A DNA stretch of 32,000 nt from Nitrososphaera viennensis EN76 (GTDB taxonomy: Archaea; Thermoproteota; Nitrososphaeria; Nitrososphaerales; Nitrososphaeraceae). This document shows, one piece after another, positions 16,838 through 24,788 of this stretch; the first letter of the stretch is position 1, and the number at the start of each line of letters is the position of its first letter. Below the pieces are notes generated by a model. The model searched no databases and was not told the DNA's origin. It saw only the letters and a program-made list of their open reading frames with translations. Made by a program: the position numbers and the translations under genes. The stretch covers positions 1,440,001-1,472,000 of the forward strand of contig NZ_CP007536.1 in the NCBI RefSeq assembly GCF_000698785.1, in the 5' to 3' direction.

Positions 16838-17194
16838 ATGGGCGGCAAGTTATACTCAAGAGCGATAAATATGGACGGCAGCCTCAAGCCGGTACTAAAG
16901 CGCCAGATAATGTTCCTGGCGGCAAGCCTCGGGGCAGGGCTTGTTTTGACCTACTTTTTCGGCTTTCTGGTAGGCCTGGCTGCAAACGTTGCGATATTTG
17001 TCGCGGCCATCTTTTACATACGCTACCGCCAGACAAAGGCGCTCGGGTCGTTTGGCTTTGGAAGCGACACTGCCGGAAGGGGCCACATGAGCGAGGGAGT
17101 GAAGTTGAAGTATGTTTGTTTGGCCTGCGGCACAGAGGTCAAGGGTACAAGGTGCTCCAGCTGCGGCTCGAACATGAAAAAGCCGCTCTTTTAG
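16838..17194 (+). CDS. membrane protein with C-terminal zinc ribbon
   Basis: 118 aa with two TM helices (IMFLAASLGAGLVLTYFFGFLVGLAANVAIFVAAIFYI). The C-terminus reads CLACGTEVKGTRCSSCG. Confidence 0.6.
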   Translation: MGGKLYSRAINMDGSLKPVLKRQIMFLAASLGAGLVLTYFFGFLVGLAANVAIFVAAIFYIRYRQTKALGSFGFGSDTAGRGHMSEGVKLKYVCLACGTEVKGTRCSSCGSNMKKPLF

Positions 17195-17198
17195 AACG

Positions 17199-17207
17199 TA
17201 TAATAAT
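17199..17207 (+). promoter_or_regulatory. TATA-like box for the YggX-like gene
   Basis: tataataat is centred about 32 nt upstream of the ATG at 17235. Confidence 0.3.
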
Positions 17208-17234
17208 GGCTAGCGCAAGAGGTTCTCTCAAGAT

Positions 17235-17495
17235 ATGAGCGGCAAGACCTGCCTGAAGTGCGGCAAGCCGATAGACGCGCCGTCAGAAGACCCGGCCGCC
17301 GACAAGTACCCGGCATGCAACGCGTGCTGGAAAGAGTGGACGACGTACGCCATCATGGTGATGAACGAGCTCAGGCTCGACATGTCCCTTCCGGAGCACA
17401 GAAAGGCGTTGCGCAAGTACGAAAGGGCGTTCTTTGGCCTTGAGAAAGGCATCGGCGAGATAGAGAAAAAGCCCGAGCAGCCGCCGTCACATTAG
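17235..17495 (+). CDS. YggX-like Fe(II)-trafficking / oxidative-damage protection protein with N-terminal Cys4 motif
   Basis: 86 aa. CWKEWTTYAIMVMNELRLDMSLPEHRKALRKYERAFF aligns with E. coli YggX [38 protein letters not shown] (from memory). The N-terminus carries CLKC...CNAC. Confidence 0.65.
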   Translation: MSGKTCLKCGKPIDAPSEDPAADKYPACNACWKEWTTYAIMVMNELRLDMSLPEHRKALRKYERAFFGLEKGIGEIEKKPEQPPSH

Positions 17496-17508
17496 TAGTA
17501 CACACACA

Positions 17509-17997
17509 CTAGAGGCCAAGCGCTTTTCTCGAATAGTCCGGAATGGCTGCAAGTATCTTCTCGCGCCTTGGAAAGGCAAAGAGCACTTCCTTGAACGAGT
17601 CTGCAAGTATCTCGCGCTCTCTGTCGCCAAGCGACTGAAACGTGTCCGTAAGCGACTGGAAGTTGAGGCGCTGGAGCGATTCTGGCTGTTTAATTATCTG
17701 GCTGCAATAGATGCTGAAAATCGCAGTGCGCTTTTCCGCGTCAAACCCTGCGAGGACCTCAAGCCACGTCTTTACCAGCACAGACAGCTTTTGCGGCTCT
17801 ATCGTCGGAGCTGCTGCAAGCGCAAGCGCGATAGTCTCCTGCCTTTCCTTCTCGGCCATGTCAAAGAATTCTGAAAGCCTTTTTTGCAGCATCGGCTTGC
17901 GCAGGAATTCCGGAAGGTTTGCAAGGATCTGGATGATGTTTCCCGCGGCGCCATTGAGATCCTGCTGCTGTCCTCCCCCTCCTGCCCCTCCGCTCAA
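17509..17997 (-). CDS. hypothetical protein
   Basis: 162-aa ORF with a helical-looking sequence and a Gly/Gln-rich N-terminus. GC content is host-like. No family recognised. Confidence 0.55.
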   Translation of the reverse strand: MSGGAGGGGQQQDLNGAAGNIIQILANLPEFLRKPMLQKRLSEFFDMAEKERQETIALALAAAPTIEPQKLSVLVKTWLEVLAGFDAEKRTAIFSIYCSQIIKQPESLQRLNFQSLTDTFQSLGDREREILADSFKEVLFAFPRREKILAAIPDYSRKALGL

Positions 17998-18059
17998 CAG
18001 CCCATCTTTTGCTGCGGCTCAATTTAATCCGTGCTGCGCAGGTGAGATTAAATAACGAC

Positions 18060-19082
18060 ATGCTGTCACAAACTCCCATGCCGTGCCTTGTGACAGTAGG
18101 CGGATTCTTTGGCGACGAGGGAAAGGGCAAGATAGTAGCGTACCTGGCAAAGAAGGACAACCCGGTTATTGCGGTGCGCGGCGGAGTGGGACCAAATGCC
18201 GGCCACACTTTTGCATTTGAGGGCAAGGAGTACAAGGTGCGCATGCTTCCAAGCGCGGCGCTCAACCCGGCGACCCGGCTCCTGATAGGCGCCGGCGTGC
18301 TCGTAAACCCGCAGGTTTTGCTAAAGGAGATTGAGATGTTCAGGGCAGACGACAGGACCTACGTCGACGCCCAGTGCGGCATCATCGAGCAGTCGCACAT
18401 TGACCGCGATAAGAGCGAGGATCACCTGAAGGGCAAGATCGGAACTACTGGGACTGGAACCGGCCCGGCAAACGCGGACAGGGCGCTTCGCACGCTGAAA
18501 CTTGCCCGCGACGTGCCGGAACTTTCATTGTTCGTTGAAGACGTCAGCAACTCGGTCAACTATGCGCTTGAGAACAACGAAAAGGTGCTGGTGGAGGGGA
18601 CGCAGGGCACGTATTTGTCGTTGTTTCACGGCGGCTACCCGTTTGTCACTTCAAAGGACGTCACGGCGTCCGGCATCTGCTCCGACATCGGAATCGGGCC
18701 GAAAAAGGTTGACGACGTGCTCGTGGTGTTCAAGGCGTACGTGACGAGGGTCGGCGGAGGGCCGCTTGCAAACGAGCTGTCTGAGGACGAGGCTAAAAAG
18801 CGCGGCTGGATGGAGTTTGGCAGCGTGACTGGCAGGCAGAGGAGGGCGGCGCCGTTTGATTTCGTCCTTGCGAAAAAGTCGATAAGGATAAACAGCGCGA
18901 CGCAGATCGCAGTCACAAAGCTCGACGTGCTGTTCCCCTCGTGCGCAGGCGTGCGCCAGTATGAAAAGATGCCGGCCGAGGCAAGAAAGTTCATCGAGGA
19001 AATAGAGGGCGAGCTGGGAGTAAAGGCGACGCTCGTAGGCACCGGCCCGGACCTTGAGGACGTAGTCGACAGAAGGCGTTAG
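18060..19082 (+). CDS. purA: adenylosuccinate synthetase (short archaeal type)
   Basis: Motifs GDEGKGK, GPNAGH, GTTGTGTGP, VLVEGTQG, GSVTGRQRR, TKLDVL. The ATG at 18060 gives 340 aa. The track ORF starts at an upstream TTG (18009). Confidence 0.9.
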   Translation: MLSQTPMPCLVTVGGFFGDEGKGKIVAYLAKKDNPVIAVRGGVGPNAGHTFAFEGKEYKVRMLPSAALNPATRLLIGAGVLVNPQVLLKEIEMFRADDRTYVDAQCGIIEQSHIDRDKSEDHLKGKIGTTGTGTGPANADRALRTLKLARDVPELSLFVEDVSNSVNYALENNEKVLVEGTQGTYLSLFHGGYPFVTSKDVTASGICSDIGIGPKKVDDVLVVFKAYVTRVGGGPLANELSEDEAKKRGWMEFGSVTGRQRRAAPFDFVLAKKSIRINSATQIAVTKLDVLFPSCAGVRQYEKMPAEARKFIEEIEGELGVKATLVGTGPDLEDVVDRRR

Positions 19083-19399
19083 GGCTTTTTCCTTGCCAAG
19101 AGCGCCTTGAGCGCGTCGCGGCACTCGCGGAGGTTGTAAAGCAGTTTTTTCCTGTCGCCTTCAAGGTCAAGGCGCGCCAGCTTTTCTCTTGCAAAAGCAA
19201 GCAGGTCGCCGTCATCGTCGTCAGCGGCCTTCTTTGGTGGTGCAGGAGGCGATTGCTCATGCTCCAATCCATGCCGCAGTTTTATGTCAAGTATCGCGTA
19301 CTCGACTGCGACGTAGGCGCGCCAGAGCGACGCAGGATCATCTGCCCTTGCAAGCACGCCCTGCGCCTGCGCGACAAGGTCGCGCGTCCTGTCGGTCAT
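19079..19399 (-). CDS. hypothetical helical protein (106 aa)
   Basis: The internal ATG at 19399 (MTDRTRDLVAQAQGVLARADDPASLWRAYVAVEYAILDIKL...) gives a sensible protein. The 181-aa track ORF extends over the neighbouring gene with an implausible N-terminus. Confidence 0.5.
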   Translation of the reverse strand: MTDRTRDLVAQAQGVLARADDPASLWRAYVAVEYAILDIKLRHGLEHEQSPPAPPKKAADDDDGDLLAFAREKLARLDLEGDRKKLLYNLRECRDALKALLARKKP

Positions 19400-19418
19400 C
19401 CGTCCGTGAAAAGGGCGG

Positions 19419-20159
19419 ATGACTTTAATACTGTATGCTTTAACCATAAGCGATTTCGATTTGCGCCTCAAAGCCCCGGTGTACATACCGCTTGCCGGCC
19501 TGAAGGATTTTGGCAGGCTAGTATGCGCGCTAGAGCGCGCCCCGATGCCGTCCTTTGCACTCACGGTCGGGGGAAAGCAGGTGCTTGCCGCGCAGCTGGA
19601 CATCATGAACGGTAGGCCTGTCATCTACTTTACAGAGGCAGAGGTAGGGGGTTCGCAGTATCTGGCGTACAGGGTGTCAAACGGCGTCGAGGAGGTCACG
19701 CTTGCCGACTCGGTCGGAAACCCGACGTTTGTCTACTCGCCCATCCTTAACGTGGAAAAGTTCCCGCCGGCGCTTGCAAAATTCGGCAAGGTGGAAAAGG
19801 GGGCAGGCTACACCGCGATAAAGCTGAAGGACATGGCAAGTTTAGCAAAGGTCGCCGCGTACAAGACTATCTACGAGGAGGCGCCGCTGCCGCTGTTCCT
19901 TGCAAAGCAGCAGCGTGGAGGCAAGGCGACAGCAGCAACAACAATAATCGGCACGATCATGAGCGTCAACGAGAACGACTCTCTGTCGTACTTTTACTAC
20001 GTCCCCCTTACGTCCGAGCCGGCGGAGCCCTTTTTGCGCTATGCCAGCCAGAGGCCGGAGCAGCCGGCATTCTGCTCAAGCCTGGACGAGCACGGCTACA
20101 TCTACCTGAAAGTGATAAGGCTTGCGGCGGACCACCCGCTGGTAAAGGCCTATGACTAG
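19419..20159 (+). CDS. hypothetical protein
   Basis: 246-aa ORF with host-like composition. It overlaps pyrF by 8 nt, which suggests co-transcription. The start is uncertain because there are only 19 bp to the divergent gene. Confidence 0.55.
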   Translation: MTLILYALTISDFDLRLKAPVYIPLAGLKDFGRLVCALERAPMPSFALTVGGKQVLAAQLDIMNGRPVIYFTEAEVGGSQYLAYRVSNGVEEVTLADSVGNPTFVYSPILNVEKFPPALAKFGKVEKGAGYTAIKLKDMASLAKVAAYKTIYEEAPLPLFLAKQQRGGKATAATTIIGTIMSVNENDSLSYFYYVPLTSEPAEPFLRYASQRPEQPAFCSSLDEHGYIYLKVIRLAADHPLVKAYD

Positions 20160-20916
20160 CTCATCATCCTCCTTTTCGCAGCGGATGGCACAGCTGGCAG
20201 GGAAAAAGAAGAGCAGGATAGTGGTGGCGCTCGACCCTGCCGCAAACAAGCGCAACCTAAAGCAGTTTGCGATAAGGACCATAGACGCGGTGGCAGGCGA
20301 AGCCTGCGCAGTCAAGTTCAACTTTCACCTCCTGCTCCCGCTGTCATCTAGGGAGATTGCAGAGGTGACCAAGAGGGCGCACAGCCGCCGCCTCCTGTGC
20401 ATAGCAGACATCAAGCTGAACGACATCGGCGACACCAACGAGGTCGCGCTTGAGCACCTCGCCAAGATGGGCTTTGACGCCGCGATAGCAAACCCGTTCA
20501 TGGGCGCAAACACGCTTGCGTCGCTTGCAAAAAAGGCGCACGCGCTGGGAATGGGCCTCATTGCGCTTGTGTACATGAGCCACCCGGATGCGGCAGACGG
20601 GTACGGCCTGCAGGCACACGGCGGCATGATGATGTACAGGATATTTCTTGACAGGGCAATCAAGGCCTATGTCGACGGCATCGTGGTCGGCGCGACGCAG
20701 GCAGACATACTGAATGAAATATCCGAGAAAAAGAAAGAGCTGAAAATTTCACTTCCAGTGTATTCGCCGGGCGTCGGCGCGCAGGGAGGCGACGCAAGGC
20801 AGGCGGTCAAAAGCGGCTCGGACTATTTGATAATCGGAAGGTCGATATTCCAGGCAAAGGACCAGGCGGCGGCGGCGCGCCGGTTCAGGCTGCTGGCGGC
20901 TTCTCCTTCTCCATGA
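20152..20916 (+). CDS. pyrF: orotidine 5'-phosphate decarboxylase
   Basis: Motifs VVALDP, DIKLNDIGDTN (the catalytic DxKxxD region) and LIIGRSI. Confidence 0.85.
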   Translation: MTSSSSSFSQRMAQLAGKKKSRIVVALDPAANKRNLKQFAIRTIDAVAGEACAVKFNFHLLLPLSSREIAEVTKRAHSRRLLCIADIKLNDIGDTNEVALEHLAKMGFDAAIANPFMGANTLASLAKKAHALGMGLIALVYMSHPDAADGYGLQAHGGMMMYRIFLDRAIKAYVDGIVVGATQADILNEISEKKKELKISLPVYSPGVGAQGGDARQAVKSGSDYLIIGRSIFQAKDQAAAARRFRLLAASPSP

Positions 20917-21322
20917 ACTGCATCGCGGCTTCAAGCAGGTTCCTTGCGTTCCTGTAGGTAAGCTGCTTTATCGCGTCGTCGTAATTTTTCCACGCAAAGC
21001 CGATGTGCTCGTGCGATATCTTTACGTCTCTGGTCTTTGTCCGGACCAAAAAGAGTACGACTTCCTTGTCGACAAGCCTCCGGGCCTTTCTGTACCTGTA
21101 CGATATTATCTGGCGAAAGCCCTCAACAAACTCGACGTCGGCGATGCCCGTCTCTTCGCGGATCTCTCTTGCCGCGGCCTCTTTTTCGGTCTCGCCTGCC
21201 TCTATGTTGCCCTTTGGGAAATCCCAGTGGCCGGCGGTATAATGCAGGAGAAGGTATTCCGGCTTGCCGCTGTCTGACGGCATAAAAACCACCACTGCGC
21301 CGGCGGACCGCTCGTCAACCAC
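20885..21322 (-). CDS. NUDIX hydrolase
   Basis: Nudix box GHWDFPKGNIEAGETEKEAAAREIREETGI (GX5EX7REUXEEXGU). GTG start. Confidence 0.85.
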   Translation of the reverse strand: MVDERSAGAVVVFMPSDSGKPEYLLLHYTAGHWDFPKGNIEAGETEKEAAAREIREETGIADVEFVEGFRQIISYRYRKARRLVDKEVVLFLVRTKTRDVKISHEHIGFAWKNYDDAIKQLTYRNARNLLEAAMQFMEKEKPPAA

Positions 21323-21682
21323 ACATTGAGGTCAACGAGGTTGTTTGTATGTTTTACCTTTTACCCACATATTATACTGTCAAGGTATCGGTTGTTGCCC
21401 CTGCACGTGCTGGACATGACCAGATCAACCACCGCAGGCTTTTTTTGCATCACTGCCAGACTCAAACCTGAAATGACGCCGGCGGCGCTTTTTTTATTAA
21501 AGAAGCTAATAATGGCTGGAAAATAATGAAATGAATGGCCCGGCAAAGCCCGCATAAGAAAAATGAAGCAGTGCCGATGATGATAATGATGATTATAAGA
21601 AACCTTGATAGTCGCTCGTGATAGACCCGAAGATTATCGCAGCAAAGCCGGCCGCCATGGCAAGTTTACAGCGCCCCTTTCT

Positions 21683-21859
21683 TTACCCCTCTTCTTCTTC
21701 CTCTTGCTCTTCCTTTTCTTCTTCCCGCTGCTGCTCCGCAACCCCGGTGGCAGCTGGCGGCGCATAGTCGTGTATGTCCTCCCATTCTTCCTGCGTCATC
21801 CAGTAGCCGCAGAACCACCTGTTTTGCGATTGCGGGTCAAGCTCGCCGTGCTCGGGCAT
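21683..21859 (-). CDS. 58-aa protein with Trp-rich core and poly-Glu tail (below ORF-track cutoff)
   Basis: My own translation gives MPEHGELDPQSQNRWFCGYWMTQEEWEDIHDYAPPAATGVAEQQREEEKEEQEEEEEG*. ATG start, with ataaataa about 33 nt upstream. Confidence 0.45.
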   Translation of the reverse strand: MPEHGELDPQSQNRWFCGYWMTQEEWEDIHDYAPPAATGVAEQQREEEKEEQEEEEEG

Positions 21860-21903
21860 TATAATCCCAGGGTTGAAAAGAAAGCATGCGTGTTATTTAT
21901 GTT

Positions 21904-23088
21904 TCAGCTGCCGCTGCCGTTTGCTTTTACCTGGTTCTCGCCCCCGCGCCTGTGGCGGAAGTGCTGGTACAGGAACGCGGCCGCTACAAGCGACACTGCA
22001 AGCCCTATCAAGAGCGACGACACCAGCGTGAACGGGCTCGTGGACAGCGTGAGCACGTCGGTGAACTGGAGCACCGGTATGTAGAGCAGGCCAAGCACCA
22101 CCAGCCGCAGTATGTCAGCCATAGCGTGCGAGCTCCCCTTCAGCCAGTTGCTCAGGAGCACGCCGGCCATTATCGTGGCGACTCCTATCCACATCATCGT
22201 TATCATGCCCTTGGTAAAGCTTCCCACGATGGCCTTGTTGGAGATTATCTGCAGCGCGTCCATCTGGGACACAGGAATGTCATGCGGTATGCTGGAAATG
22301 CCGTTTGCAATGGCTGCAAGCATCATCAGCACTCCTCCGATTATAGAGAATATCTTGATGAAGTCGGTCGGCCCCATCTTGCCAAGCGAGCTTACCGCCC
22401 TGTCGACGTCAAAGGCGCGCACCACGAACGCGCCCCCAAGGATTGCAAGTATCATGACGGTCAGCCACTTGGTCTGCTCAAGCGCGACTGCAAGGCCGCC
22501 TGCGAGCAGCAGCGCGCCTGGCACGCCGAGGAAGAACTTGCTGTACTGCGGGTCGTACATCATCGCCTTCAGGTAGCGGCCAAACACCGCGTACGAGTAT
22601 TCCACGCTCCTGCTGTGGCGGATGATGATGCGCTGGACAGACACCACGGGCACCCTCGACTGTATGACTGGAAGCACCGTCTCATCGTCCTCGCCATCTG
22701 AAACTATGACTGCGCCGGTCGCCTGGTACTTCTCGAGTATAGCCTGCACCTCCCGGCTTATCTTTTCGTCTGCCTCAACGCCCCTGTTGAACTTGCCAGC
22801 CACCACGGCCACCTCGACGTTGTAGCCCTTGCTCACCAGCTCTTCGTAGGTCTTGACCGCGCCGAAAATGGCGTTTCCGTCGGCGTCCTCAGGGTCCTCG
22901 ATTGCGAGGCGGGTGCCGGCGTTTATGCACTGGTCGCGGCCGACAATGGGCGTCTCGATGCCTCCCTTTGTCCCGATGTCGTCGTCCCTGTCGATGCATA
23001 GGACGAGCAGCCTGCTCTGTGAGGAGTCCTGGCTCTTTGGGACCTCCAGCTTGTGATTGCGGGCATAATAGTCAGGCTGGCCTGGCAT
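21904..23088 (-). CDS. DUF373-family archaeal membrane protein
   Basis: 394 aa. The soluble N-terminal domain (LLVLCIDRDDDIG...VVSVQRIIIRHSRSVEYSYA) is followed by about 6 TM helices, matching my recollection of the DUF373 architecture. Confidence 0.7.
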   Translation of the reverse strand: MPGQPDYYARNHKLEVPKSQDSSQSRLLVLCIDRDDDIGTKGGIETPIVGRDQCINAGTRLAIEDPEDADGNAIFGAVKTYEELVSKGYNVEVAVVAGKFNRGVEADEKISREVQAILEKYQATGAVIVSDGEDDETVLPVIQSRVPVVSVQRIIIRHSRSVEYSYAVFGRYLKAMMYDPQYSKFFLGVPGALLLAGGLAVALEQTKWLTVMILAILGGAFVVRAFDVDRAVSSLGKMGPTDFIKIFSIIGGVLMMLAAIANGISSIPHDIPVSQMDALQIISNKAIVGSFTKGMITMMWIGVATIMAGVLLSNWLKGSSHAMADILRLVVLGLLYIPVLQFTDVLTLSTSPFTLVSSLLIGLAVSLVAAAFLYQHFRHRRGGENQVKANGSGS

Positions 23089-23196
23089 CCGGGATATTTT
23101 ACAGGTCGTGCAACAGCTTAATTAATTTAATCAACTTTGCCCGGGGTTATTCGGTTTAATTGGGCAACGTGCAGAATACATGAGAGAAAATTACTA

Positions 23197-23793
23197 TCAC
23201 GAGCGAAAGCCGATGCACACCAGGTACAGTTCGGAGCTTTCCTGCCGGCTTGCGGTGGGCTTGCTTACGAGCACCTTGCCAAAGCTTGCCTTCATCTCAT
23301 TCTTTAGCTCGTTCAGGAACTCGCCCTCAAACACCTTGAAAACAGCGTTGCCGCCTGCCTTCAACACCTGCCTTGCAAGTGCGAGGGCGCTCCTCGTGAG
23401 GTCGATCTGCCGCGCGTGGTCCACCTCCCACATGCCGCTGACGTTTGGCGCAAGGTCTGACAATATTATGTCGGCTTTTTCTTCTCCCAGCGCCTCAACT
23501 ATTTTTGCGACCGCGGCAGGGTCGTCGATGCTTCCCTGCAGTATCGTCGCGCCGTCCACCGGCTCTACCTCCTTGAGGTCTATTCCCACCACCCTGCCTC
23601 CCGGGCCGGCCTCTTTTGTGGCGACCTGCACCCAGCCGCCGGGCGCGCAGCCAATGTCAACTACCCTGTTTCCACGCTTGAGAATGCGGTAAGAATCGTT
23701 GATCTGCTTTAGCTTGTATGCAGCCCTGCTCCTGTAGCCCTGATCCTTGGCAAGGCGCCTGTAATGGTCCCTGCGGGCGTCTGCAAGCCTCAT
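23197..23793 (-). CDS. rlmE: 23S rRNA 2'-O-ribose (U2552-type) methyltransferase RlmE/FtsJ
   Basis: RSRAAYKLKQINDSYRILKRGNRVVDIGCAPGGWVQV, ...ILSDLAPNVSG..., ...KVFEGE.... Confidence 0.9.
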   Translation of the reverse strand: MRLADARRDHYRRLAKDQGYRSRAAYKLKQINDSYRILKRGNRVVDIGCAPGGWVQVATKEAGPGGRVVGIDLKEVEPVDGATILQGSIDDPAAVAKIVEALGEEKADIILSDLAPNVSGMWEVDHARQIDLTRSALALARQVLKAGGNAVFKVFEGEFLNELKNEMKASFGKVLVSKPTASRQESSELYLVCIGFRS

Positions 23794-24242
23794 TTGGCCG
23801 GATCTTCTTCTTCCGTCTCTGAGGCCGGCGCCTGATGATGATTCTGATGCTGCTCTTGCTGCCTCCTCTGCTGGTTGGCCATGTTGAGGGACAGCACTAG
23901 CCAGTCCTCTATGAGGTTGCAGGTGATTGGGCTGTAGGAACCGTCAAGGGAGCACATGTGCTCCACGGGACAGGTGAGGCACGGCGCGTTTTCGACGCTG
24001 CTGGTGTCGATGGGCAGCTTGGTGGCGAAAAGCTTGTAGGTCCACCTGCCGTTTTCCAGCATCTTTTCCCGCCTTATAAGGGCCCGGCGCTCAAGGCGGA
24101 TTGCCACACGCGAGCCGTCGCGGCTTGTCAGGTCAAGTTCCTTCCAGAGCTCTGACTGCAGTATACCACCCTTGCCGTTTGAGACGATCGTGCGAAAGAC
24201 CTTGCCCGTCAGATCCTCGATCTGGGCTTCATTTAGTTTCAA
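23790..24242 (-). CDS. TFE-beta / RPC34-like protein (winged helix plus Cys-cluster domain)
   Basis: 150 aa. The wH-like segment is GILQSELWKELDLTSRDGSRVAIRLERRALIRRE. A CLTCPVEHMCSLDGSYSPITCNLIEDW cluster follows, resembling the Fe-S domain of RPC34/TFE-beta. The gene has a Gln/His-rich acidic tail, a TTG start and an ATGA overlap with rlmE. Confidence 0.5.
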   Translation of the reverse strand: MKLNEAQIEDLTGKVFRTIVSNGKGGILQSELWKELDLTSRDGSRVAIRLERRALIRREKMLENGRWTYKLFATKLPIDTSSVENAPCLTCPVEHMCSLDGSYSPITCNLIEDWLVLSLNMANQQRRQQEQHQNHHQAPASETEEEDPAK

Positions 24243-24347
24243 ACACAGCTACCCCGAAGACACTTCTTTTGACGCATAACTGATAAATAATCCTTTTCGG
24301 CCGCGCACTCGCGTACACGCGGCCAAAAAAGTCCTTGCTGTTACTAC

Positions 24348-24716
24348 TTACTTGGCGTTCTTGTCTTCCTGAATTATGCCAAAGAGGTTGCCCTCGGTAT
24401 CCTGGCAGGTGGCAAACCAGCCGACGCCCGGTATCGGCGACTTGGGCATGACTACCTTGCCGCCGCTTGAGGCTATCTTTTTGGAAAACTCGTCAACGTT
24501 TGCTACGCCTATGGTGTTCATGGCAGGCATTCCCGAATCGCCCTTCCTTGAGAGGCCGCCGTTTATGCCCGGCTCGTCCTTGTCGCCGGTGGTGCACATC
24601 CAGTACTCCATCGGCCCGTCCCATTTTTCAAACTTCCATCCAAACACGCTCTGGTAGAACTTGACCGCCCTTTCGGGGTTGTCTGCCGTCAGGTCGAAAT
24701 GTATCGGTCTTGGCAT
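24348..24716 (-). CDS. VOC-family (glyoxalase/bleomycin-resistance fold) protein
   Basis: IHFDLTADNPERAVKFYQSVFGWKF...GVGWFATCQDTEGNLFGI. The ATG at 24716 has a TATA-like cttaaatattt about 30 nt upstream. The track ORF starts 14 codons earlier. Confidence 0.8.
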   Translation of the reverse strand: MPRPIHFDLTADNPERAVKFYQSVFGWKFEKWDGPMEYWMCTTGDKDEPGINGGLSRKGDSGMPAMNTIGVANVDEFSKKIASSGGKVVMPKSPIPGVGWFATCQDTEGNLFGIIQEDKNAK

Positions 24717-24788
24717 GGCAAAAAGTAGATCGCAGAAATATTTAAGGATGCTTACCAAAAGTAAGCAGAGTAAAGAAAGTTACTACTG

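Noticed and set aside
21470-21497. cgccggcg palindrome followed by T7 on the + strand, as the terminator of an unannotated small RNA in the 360-bp NUDIX-upstream spacer.
   Set aside because: The palindrome cannot form a stable loop-containing hairpin. No convincing promoter-to-terminator unit or conserved motif was identified. The ORFs 21326..21526 and 21361..21555 look like noise.
21570-21650. Possible C/D-box sRNA (two ATGATGA motifs at about 21577-21592).
   Set aside because: No CUGA D or D' boxes at the appropriate spacing and no terminal stem. A second weak candidate at about 12276-12340 (gATGATGt … cAGA) has equally degenerate boxes.
24299-24324. GC-rich perfect hairpin (ggccgcg-N12-cgcggcc) between the VOC gene and the TFE-beta-like gene, as an intrinsic terminator.
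   Set aside because: On the transcribed (minus) strand the T6 run precedes the stem rather than following it. The oligo-T alone is sufficient as an archaeal terminator, so the role of the hairpin is unsupported.
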